A stretch of 28,110 bases of DNA. It comes from a virus (lineage: Duplodnaviria; Caudoviricetes). The DNA is taken from the IMG/VR virus record IMGVR_UViG_3300020045_003448, positions 1 to 28,110 of that record; one strand, given 5' to 3'. The notes under the pieces are model-generated. The model worked only from the letters and a program-made list of their open reading frames with translations, was not told where the DNA came from and made no database searches. Below, piece after piece: positions 1-6,013 of this stretch (position 1 is the first letter of the stretch; each line of letters starts with the position of its first letter). The translations under genes were made by a program, and so were the position numbers.

Positions 1-719
1 TCTTCAGCCGATAACCTGGCTTTCTCAGCTTCGGCCTCAGCTTGAGCCTTAGCTCTTTCGGCTGCTTCCCTGGCAATACGTTCTTCCCGGTCTTTCTGAT
101 CCTGGATTTCCTTTTCTTTCCGTAGGCGTTCCAGTTCGTGGGCTTCGACCTCTTGCTTGACTTTAACATCAATGGCGGCTCTCAGGATTATTAAGCCGTC
201 AGACTTCGCTCTATTAGCAGGGGCTTCAAAATCTTCCCATGTGTCATCAACAACGATGGATTCAAGCCAAGCCAACCGCTGGGTTAATTCGTCAGATGGG
301 ATAGTGTGAAACAACGTATCGCTTGCACCCCGTAAAAGGTTCAAAAACTCGATGCTGTCATGGTAAAACTGTACCCGCTCTTTTTCTCTGGTTTCAAATT
401 CGGTTACAGGTCGGCGGATTTCCTCTTTCAGTTCGTCAAGGAAGTCCCTTGCCTTTTTCCTCTCATTATCCACCTTTTTGGATTTCTCTTTCCATTCGGC
501 AACGAGGTTTTTCCCCAAGTCATCCAGCAAAGTCTTTGATTGAGCGACCTTGTAGGCAACAGAGGCGACGGCTTTGCGCCCCGTTACCGTGGAAACGTCC
601 AACCCTTCAGCCTGTTCCTTGGCCTTTTTCTCGATCTCTGACAGGATTGCGTCAACCCCGCCATTCACAAAAACCTCATGCGGTACTAATGATTGAACAA
701 CAACTAACTCGTTTTCCAT
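1..719 (-). CDS. Phage coiled-coil protein of recombination modules (partial; 3' end runs off the window)
   Basis: Not in the ORF track; translated by hand from ATG at 719 with AGGAGG upstream: MENELVVVQSLVPHEVFVNGGVDAILSEIEKKAKEQAEGLDVSTVTGRKAVASVAYKVAQSKTLLDDLGKNLVAEWKEKSKKVDNERKKARDFLDELKEEIRRPVTEFE..., ending in an E/A/K/R-rich helix. The 'DVST..GRK.ASVAYKVA.SKT' pattern recalls a common phage protein often mislabelled TolA. Confidence 0.85.
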   Translation of the reverse strand, partial: MENELVVVQSLVPHEVFVNGGVDAILSEIEKKAKEQAEGLDVSTVTGRKAVASVAYKVAQSKTLLDDLGKNLVAEWKEKSKKVDNERKKARDFLDELKEEIRRPVTEFETREKERVQFYHDSIEFLNLLRGASDTLFHTIPSDELTQRLAWLESIVVDDTWEDFEAPANRAKSDGLIILRAAIDVKVKQEVEAHELERLRKEKEIQDQKDREERIAREAAERAKAQAEAEAEKARLSAE

Positions 720-739
720 AACTGCCTCCTTTTGTTGTT

Positions 740-1339
740 TCATTTTACAGCCTCATAAACCCTCAGCATGTCCTTAATAAATTCGTCAGCCTCGGAATCC
801 ATCTCAGCTATCTCTTTTTCATCCCGATCCAGACGCCGTACAATCAACGGCACGGTGTTTTTAACAGCAGGTGAATACACAACGTAGTCGCACCACTCAC
901 GGCCTGAAATATGGAGCCCCCATTGCATTTGGCGGCGGTAATCGGCAGGGATTTTGCCAGACAATTTATATTCGACGAATGTTGAAGGAATAACCGTTTT
1001 GATTTCGATGATCCCATTATCGCCTACACAGCCATCAGGCGAAAAATGAGTATGTGGCTTGCCTTGGAAAAACCCAATCTGAACAACCTCCGCATCCGTC
1101 ATAAACGAATATAGGTTCCGGGCTTCGTCCTCAAACAAAACCCCGTCCTTCATTGGCCCGGATACAAACCCGTCCTTCTTGCGCCCTGAAAGCATCTCCC
1201 CTACCATGTCGTAAAGGAGCTGCTTCCGGGTCTTTCCTTCGCCCTTAGCCATGACCTTGGATATGCCACTACCTCCGATAGACCCTATTCGGAGGTTATG
1301 CCATTCATCAGACCCTTGGACGCAATTATGGATTGTCAT
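740..1339 (-). CDS. YqaJ / lambda-exonuclease family alkaline exonuclease
   Basis: QGSDEWHNLRIG.IGGS, G..FEDEAR..Y, SPDG...IIEIK (PD-(D/E)xK) and Y..QMQW motifs; ATGA overlap with the ERF gene. Confidence 0.92.
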   Translation of the reverse strand: MTIHNCVQGSDEWHNLRIGSIGGSGISKVMAKGEGKTRKQLLYDMVGEMLSGRKKDGFVSGPMKDGVLFEDEARNLYSFMTDAEVVQIGFFQGKPHTHFSPDGCVGDNGIIEIKTVIPSTFVEYKLSGKIPADYRRQMQWGLHISGREWCDYVVYSPAVKNTVPLIVRRLDRDEKEIAEMDSEADEFIKDMLRVYEAVK

Positions 1340-2055
1340 TTCTTCCTCTTGGCTTCAAGAAGTGCTACTGCCACAGGGTACTGTTTTGTGGTCATTTCTT
1401 CGATTTTTTCGATCTTGAAGTGACCCAGCATTTTGGGGTAGTCGGCGTTTACATCCTTACCGAGGGACATTATATCGGCTATTTGTTTTTCAGATATAAG
1501 TTCATCACCTGTTCCATCGCCACCTGTGGCCCCATCGTTATCCTGGTCCCTCGCCGCAAGGCCCGTTAGCGCCAGCAGGGTGTATCTTTCAAGGTAGGTA
1601 ACGGTTGACCCGATAGCTTGGATTGAGTTCTTGCCTCCAGATGTATCAGGGGCAGCGGTTAATGTGGTTTGCTCTGAATGCCCTAAAACATGGGTGATTT
1701 TGCATGTTACCGACACTCCTCCATTCTGGTGAGTTTCCCATGACGCATGAAGACCGTGGTCACTCAAACCCTTCCCAATAGCCTCAGAAACATGGTCAAG
1801 AGTAGCGTGGATGTATTCCGTTTTTCCAGCGTTGGTCTTGAACGAAACCAACTTGTTTTTCAGAATTTCGGGAGGGTTTTTCTTGAACTCGCTCATCGCT
1901 GAGAAGTAGGCTTTCCTGGCCTCGTTCTGCTCCCACCTCATTTGAAGGTCAAGCAGTTTTTCAAGTTTGTCGATGTCTGCGTTTTGGCTTACAGCGATTT
2001 CAAGCAACTTGCTGGGCATATTTTGAGCTTCATATACTACGATTCCTTCGGTCAT
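1336..2055 (-). CDS. erf: ERF-family single-strand annealing protein
   Basis: Y.HATL..V, VTCKITH..GHSE, QAIGSTVTYLERY.L.ALTGL..D.DNDG motifs. Start placed at ATG 2055 (AAGAAAGGA upstream) rather than 2109. Confidence 0.88.
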   Translation of the reverse strand: MTEGIVVYEAQNMPSKLLEIAVSQNADIDKLEKLLDLQMRWEQNEARKAYFSAMSEFKKNPPEILKNKLVSFKTNAGKTEYIHATLDHVSEAIGKGLSDHGLHASWETHQNGGVSVTCKITHVLGHSEQTTLTAAPDTSGGKNSIQAIGSTVTYLERYTLLALTGLAARDQDNDGATGGDGTGDELISEKQIADIMSLGKDVNADYPKMLGHFKIEKIEEMTTKQYPVAVALLEAKRKK

Positions 2056-2069
2056 TTCACATCCTTTCT

Positions 2070-2156
2070 TTAAGAGTTTATCCCGATGCAGTACCCCACC
2101 ATATACCAAATTATGGATAGGATAACCAACGCGACTGCTTTCTCAAATGGTGACAT
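2070..2156 (-). CDS. 28-aa hydrophobic peptide
   Basis: MSPFEKAVALVILSIIWYMVGYCIGINS; TAATG coupling to the upstream gene and GGAGG RBS; fills the gap to erf. Confidence 0.6.
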   Translation of the reverse strand: MSPFEKAVALVILSIIWYMVGYCIGINS

Positions 2157-2404
2157 TATTCCTCCATTTCCACGATCAATCCATCAATGTTCAACGTATA
2201 ATACAGGGCCTTTAACTTTTTGGAGTATCTCATCGCCATCTCCCGCAACCAAATCTGGTCAGTGGTGTACTGGACCATCTCTGAGAAGTCGGGAGCTTCC
2301 TCGATGACATCATGGAGCTGGTTAAGCCATCCCATAACCATCTTCCGGTCGGCGGATCCGTCTGGCAGGTCGGTTTCCGTTATAAACCATATTTGTTCGG
2401 CCAT
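2156..2404 (-). CDS. Hypothetical protein (82 aa)
   Basis: Start taken at MAEQIWF (ATG 2404, GGGGA upstream); its 3' end carries the RBS of the next gene. Confidence 0.65.
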   Translation of the reverse strand: MAEQIWFITETDLPDGSADRKMVMGWLNQLHDVIEEAPDFSEMVQYTTDQIWLREMAMRYSKKLKALYYTLNIDGLIVEMEE

Positions 2405-2583
2405 GGCATCCCCCAGATGGTAAGGGCCAGGATTGTACCCCCGGCATAAACCGGGAGGCAGATTGCAGCGGTGATGATGACGGCCTTCCATACCTTGCGG
2501 TTAAGGCCCCTCTGGTATTCGGTCAGTATCGGGGTCAGCCTTTGCTTGAAATCGGTGAACTCAATCTTTACGGGTGTCGGCAT
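2380..2583 (-). CDS. Small membrane protein
   Basis: AAGGAGG RBS, TAATG coupling, hydrophobic C-terminal half. Confidence 0.65.
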   Translation of the reverse strand: MPTPVKIEFTDFKQRLTPILTEYQRGLNRKVWKAVIITAAICLPVYAGGTILALTIWGMPWPNKYGL

Positions 2584-2762
2584 TATTCCACCTCCTTTAG
2601 CCAGAACATGATAGATTCCCTGTTATAAAGCCTGTCCTGAGTTTCGGTATCAAACAGGTCCAGCGCAACGACTGCGAAGACCTGTTCATACTGACCAAAC
2701 GACTGCGTTATTTCCACCATACGGTTATCAGTGGAATTGAGCTTCGCTTTGAATATGGTCAT
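2583..2762 (-). CDS. Hypothetical protein (59 aa)
   Basis: Hand translation MTIFKAKLNSTDNRMVEITQSFGQYEQVFAVVALDLFDTETQDRLYNRESIMFWLKEVE; AAAGGAG RBS; fills the gap exactly. Confidence 0.7.
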   Translation of the reverse strand: MTIFKAKLNSTDNRMVEITQSFGQYEQVFAVVALDLFDTETQDRLYNRESIMFWLKEVE

Positions 2763-2763
2763 T

Positions 2764-2931
2764 TCACTCTCCTTTCAGTGCTTTGTCGGCCTTGTCAGCG
2801 ATCTGCGCTAAAACAGCCAATACTGCCATGTGAGTATCCCCTGAATTGGCTGTAAAGTCAGCCCATGTGCTGATGATCTTCAATGCCTTTTCCAGCCTGG
2901 CTATTTTGCTGATGTCATCGGCGGCGGTCAT
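2764..2931 (-). CDS. Hypothetical protein (55 aa)
   Basis: MTAADDISKIARLEKALK...; ATGA overlap with the HTH gene and AAGGAG RBS. Confidence 0.7.
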   Translation of the reverse strand: MTAADDISKIARLEKALKIISTWADFTANSGDTHMAVLAVLAQIADKADKALKGE

Positions 2932-3122
2932 TTCGCGCTCCTTTCTTTGTACATTTGCTTGATTATTATCCCCAGGTGATACGCCGGTTCCCGCTCTCCG
3001 GTAGCGAGATATATCACCCAGCGGGGAGATATATGCAGGTCGTTTGCGAGCTTGCAATACCTCTCCATCTTTTTGCCTTCGTAAGTTTTAAGCAGTCGTT
3101 TGATGATGTTTTGAATTTTCAT
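2928..3122 (-). CDS. Cro-like helix-turn-helix protein
   Basis: 64 aa, KLANDLHISPRWVIYLATGEREP fits an XRE/Cro HTH; first gene after the divergent control region. Confidence 0.7.
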   Translation of the reverse strand: MKIQNIIKRLLKTYEGKKMERYCKLANDLHISPRWVIYLATGEREPAYHLGIIIKQMYKERSAK

Positions 3123-3270
3123 GGTTCCTATGTATCATAGGCTTTTACGGTATGTCAAGCGTAAATCTTGAACTGTGTTCTTTTTTTTAAATATTGAACT
3201 TAGTGCTTGACTTAGGAATTGAATGGTGATATTTGTATCCATACTTCAAAGGAGTTGAAATTTGAACTCT
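3123..3270. promoter_or_regulatory. Divergent promoter/operator region
   Basis: AT-rich gap between divergent units. TTGACA on the minus strand near 3154-3159; TTGACT at 3207-3212 with TGaTATTTG 17 nt downstream on plus; near-palindrome GAGTTGAAATTTGAACTC at 3252-3269. The -10 boxes are imperfect. Confidence 0.55.
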
Positions 3271-3302
3271 ACCAAAAGAAAGGAGCCTGATTATGTAACG
3301 CG

Positions 3303-3340
3303 CGGGGAAAGCCCGGTGGCCCCTATTGGTACGGGGCCAC
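3303..3340 (+). promoter_or_regulatory. Two adjacent hairpins in the rightward leader
   Basis: CGGG-GAAAG-CCCG (3303-3315) directly followed by GTGGCCCC-9nt-GGGGCCAC (3316-3340); no U-tract. Confidence 0.5.
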
Positions 3341-3463
3341 ATTCAATGATATTGATAAGGCAAAACAACGAACCATCACTCCGATCTCATAGAGCCGGGG
3401 CATCAGGCAGGCGGGCCGTAAGTCCTGGATGGATCAGCTCACCCAAAACAAAGGAGGTCAAAA

Positions 3464-3919
3464 GTGCTATTCGAAATCAAACACAGATTTAACGGGTCGG
3501 TTTTGTTTCAGCTCGAAACGAAATCTTTTAAATTATGCGCCAATGCCGCCGTTAAATCAGGCGCAGACCTCAGAGGCGCATACCTCGGAGGCGCAGACCT
3601 CAGAGGCGCATACCTCAGAGGCGCAGACCTCGGAGGCGCAGACCTCAGAGGCGCAGACCTCAGAGACGCAGACCTCGGAGACGCATACCTCGGAGATAAA
3701 AACAACCCCATTTTAGATATTAAGCAAATCGGCAATATCGGTTCACGCGGAGGCTTTACAATAGCCTTCAAGTGCGAAAAATCCATCCAAATCAAATGCG
3801 GGTGCTGGTTCGGCACGATTGACGAGTTCGCAGAGAGGGTTAAAGAGGCCCACGGCGACACCAAATATGGGGATGAGTATCGGGCGGCAATTCAATTTTT
3901 TAGAACCGTATTTGCGTAA
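3464..3919 (+). CDS. Pentapeptide-repeat protein
   Basis: Nine (G/D)A(D/Y)L(R/G) repeats; C-terminal IGSRG...CGCWFGTIDEF...HG..Y domain typical of phage pentapeptide proteins; AAGGAGG RBS with GTG start. Confidence 0.9.
   Translation: MLFEIKHRFNGSVLFQLETKSFKLCANAAVKSGADLRGAYLGGADLRGAYLRGADLGGADLRGADLRDADLGDAYLGDKNNPILDIKQIGNIGSRGGFTIAFKCEKSIQIKCGCWFGTIDEFAERVKEAHGDTKYGDEYRAAIQFFRTVFA
3560..3694 (+). repeat. 15-bp tandem repeat, 9 copies
   Basis: Unit G(G/A)CGCA(G/T)ACCTC(A/G)GA read directly. Confidence 0.97.
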
Positions 3920-4038
3920 ATAAGGAGGCCAACATGCCAACGCCAGTATGAATTCATCCATCTTGGTCAGCTTTGGGAAACCGTCGGCGTAGAGGTTGAA
4001 TATGCCGCGTGTAGCGGTTAATCGTAAGGAGGAATTAT

Positions 4039-4266
4039 ATGGCAGCGTATATTGATTATTTTAAATGTCCGAAATGCGGGCACGAGAACAAATTAGCTCG
4101 CAGAGACACCAGCATCGGCAAGAAAGTTAAGAGTTGTTGCTGGAAATGCCAGAAATACTCGATGGTCATTGCAGGGGAACCTCCTGACGGTTGCAAATGC
4201 GGAATCGGCAGCGGGGCAATATGGTGCCCTACCCATGGGGTCGTTACTGGAGGGCCTGTGAAATGA
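4039..4266 (+). CDS. Cys-rich Zn-finger protein
   Basis: CPKC, CWKC, CKC, CPTH; TAAGGAGG RBS. Confidence 0.75.
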   Translation: MAAYIDYFKCPKCGHENKLARRDTSIGKKVKSCCWKCQKYSMVIAGEPPDGCKCGIGSGAIWCPTHGVVTGGPVK

Positions 4267-4433
4267 AAGAAGGTGACAGAGTTATAATTCAGGACTTTTC
4301 AGATGCCCACGGGGATAATGGTACGGTGTGGGCCATCCAAGACAATGGAATTATTCTGGTTGAACTGGATACCTCCTATGACTGTAGCGTTTTATGGCCG
4401 GTTACAAGCGAAAAGGAATTGATACCAGAATAA
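4263..4433 (+). CDS. Small SH3/KOW-like protein (56 aa)
   Basis: MKEGDRVII....G..GTV....ILVELD; ATGA overlap with the upstream gene. Confidence 0.7.
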   Translation: MKEGDRVIIQDFSDAHGDNGTVWAIQDNGIILVELDTSYDCSVLWPVTSEKELIPE

Positions 4434-4731
4434 TTTTGGGGAGAAACCTTTATGAAAAAAATCATAATGATTTTGTGTGCTTGTTTATTGTTTGGGTGTT
4501 CTGCCGATCCAGGGCTTCCAGACGGTTACACATTGCTATGTTCAGATGACGGCGTGTATTCTTTAAAATCTGAGTCATTTGGTAATGGGATGTCTGCAAA
4601 CACGTGGTGGACTAAGGCAGGTGCGAAAGCTTTTGCGTGGCGTTGGGAAGGGGTAAAAAATAAGGCTCCCGAATTTGAATCGTCAAAGCATATATGGCGT
4701 GAGTGTGAATAATTTTGGGGAGGAACCTTTA
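4428..4731 (+). repeat. 25-bp direct repeats flanking the lipoprotein gene (4428-4452 and 4707-4731)
   Basis: GAATAATTTTGGGGAGAAACCTTTA versus GAATAATTTTGGGGAGGAACCTTTA, 24/25 identical. Confidence 0.93.
4452..4712 (+). CDS. Lipoprotein (possible superinfection exclusion)
   Basis: MKKIIMILCACLLFG|CS type II signal peptide with lipobox; GGAG RBS. Confidence 0.85.
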   Translation: MKKIIMILCACLLFGCSADPGLPDGYTLLCSDDGVYSLKSESFGNGMSANTWWTKAGAKAFAWRWEGVKNKAPEFESSKHIWRECE

Positions 4732-4783
4732 CGCTAAGAGTGTCCCACTGTTTGCTCTGTTGCGACCTCCCCTCAGCATCGGG

Positions 4784-4927
4784 TTACTTACCGAATACCT
4801 TCCGCAAAATTGCGAACAATAATTGCACTATGCTATTCGACTCCAATTTTGACATGCCGATTGCTTCGGATACTACCAAAGCGCCGATGGAAACAACCAA
4901 TGTCTGTTGTTCTGGTGTAAGTGTCAT
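4784..4927 (-). CDS. 47-aa membrane protein, holin-like
   Basis: Hand translation MTLTPEQQTLVVSIGALVVSEAIGMSKLESNSIVQLLFAILRKVFGK; ATGA overlap, AAAGGAG RBS, basic C-terminus; last gene of the late operon. Confidence 0.75.
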   Translation of the reverse strand: MTLTPEQQTLVVSIGALVVSEAIGMSKLESNSIVQLLFAILRKVFGK

Positions 4928-5436
4928 TCCAATTCTCCTTTAAAGATAACCTCGTATTCCCGCCAGCGGATAATCATGTCGGCTACGTCGTCCGGGTTCC
5001 AGCCAGACCAGCAGGTTGACAGCCCAGCCTTGTATAAGAACTTCATGGTCAGCTCAGAACACACCCCCAGGCCAAGGTTCAGGTATTTCGCCGCGAACGG
5101 CACAAAGAACAGAGGCAAGCGCCACCCGGCGTATGGCTTTCCCTCATGTTTCTCGACTCCGTTCCACCCGGCGGCGAATCTTTCAGGGGTCATGCTGATA
5201 TGCCTGCCTATGAGAACGGTCCTCCCCTTATACGCCTGAAAAAGATTTTGCTTCGTGTTCGTCCAAAGCGCCTCGAAAGTGGTACCGGATGAATCAAGAA
5301 TTATTCCGGAATGAGAAAACTCCGAATCGTTGTCCTTGGCCCATACTTTTTGGACAAAATTAATTGCCCTTCCCAACATCATGGGGTTTCTGGAAACAAA
5401 GATCATCCCTGGTTCTAAGATTATCATTTTTACCAC
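4924..5436 (-). CDS. Permuted papain-like amidase (YaeF/YiiX, NlpC/P60 superfamily)
   Basis: His motif first (FSHSGIIL..EAL), then GKPY, VCSEL (Cys) and a C-terminal PDD; start may be ATG 5427. Confidence 0.8.
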   Translation of the reverse strand: MVKMIILEPGMIFVSRNPMMLGRAINFVQKVWAKDNDSEFSHSGIILDSSGTTFEALWTNTKQNLFQAYKGRTVLIGRHISMTPERFAAGWNGVEKHEGKPYAGWRLPLFFVPFAAKYLNLGLGVCSELTMKFLYKAGLSTCWSGWNPDDVADMIIRWREYEVIFKGELE

Positions 5437-5595
5437 TTATGTTGGTATGGGTTAAAGCCTGATCGTCGCTCCTGATCGATCTGAAGCGCTCACCATTGCG
5501 AATCCGCGTCTGTATTGACTTCGCAGCTTACGTCTCCATTATGCCGGTCAATCCCGCTGAACCATTCTTCGATACAACATTCATCGGGTTCAGGT

Positions 5596-5976
5596 TCATC
5601 TTCCTGCAAGGATCTCATTGATTTCTTTAATGCTCAACCCGTCCTTCTGCATCATCCATCGTGCGAAGTTCTCCAGGGTTTTGATGGAGGTTTTATGATC
5701 CCTTAACTCGGCGGTGATAATCAATGACCGATTGTTTTCATCCATCATACACTCATGCCGGTCTTGGAGGCAGTCTTCACGGCGCTGGTACAGAGGTAGG
5801 TTATTATTATCTTCCCCGCGGAGTTTAGCCTGTTTTGCTTTTATCGACACAATATCATCCACCATCCTGTCGAACTTGCTTTTATAAAAACCGAACCCGA
5901 TGCCAACACCGAGAACCCCGGCAGCTGCATTTATTCCAAATTGTACGAAGTTGAGGATAATCCCGTTGTCAGCCAT
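5596..5976 (-). CDS. Single-TM membrane protein with coiled coil (holin/antiholin-like position)
   Basis: Start MADNGIIL (ATG 5976, GGAG RBS); GINAAAGVLGVGIGFGFY TM segment followed by a charged helix. Confidence 0.7.
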   Translation of the reverse strand: MADNGIILNFVQFGINAAAGVLGVGIGFGFYKSKFDRMVDDIVSIKAKQAKLRGEDNNNLPLYQRREDCLQDRHECMMDENNRSLIITAELRDHKTSIKTLENFARWMMQKDGLSIKEINEILAGR

Positions 5977-6013
5977 TCCGTAAACTCCCATCTTAAGGCC
6001 TGTTAAAAGGTTA

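Noticed and set aside
323-721. Plus-strand 132-aa ORF and the many other plus-strand ORFs within 4740-27561
   Set aside because: Antisense shadows of well-supported minus-strand genes; no RBS or motif support
3170-3180. GAACtgtGTTC as a Gram-positive LexA box
   Set aside because: Spacer is 3 nt, not the 4 nt of GAAC-N4-GTTC
3286-3312. CTGATTA...GAAA as a hammerhead ribozyme core
   Set aside because: Core should be CUGANGA, and no stem II forms between the motifs
3429-3864. Alternative-frame and antisense ORFs with TSEAQ / RSAP repeats
   Set aside because: Shadows of the stop-free 15-bp repeat; only the 3464 frame has a good RBS and a recognisable domain
4735-4770. Minus-strand ACAGAGCAAAC...AGTGGGAC resembling a c-di-GMP-I riboswitch
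   Set aside because: Lacks the GNRA-capped stem and second hairpin, and lies 3' of a gene rather than in a leader
5437-5618. Possible short ORFs between the TM protein and the amidase (23 aa from 5599; about 42 aa from 5618)
   Set aside because: Two competing frames, neither with convincing RBS or motif; cannot choose from sequence alone
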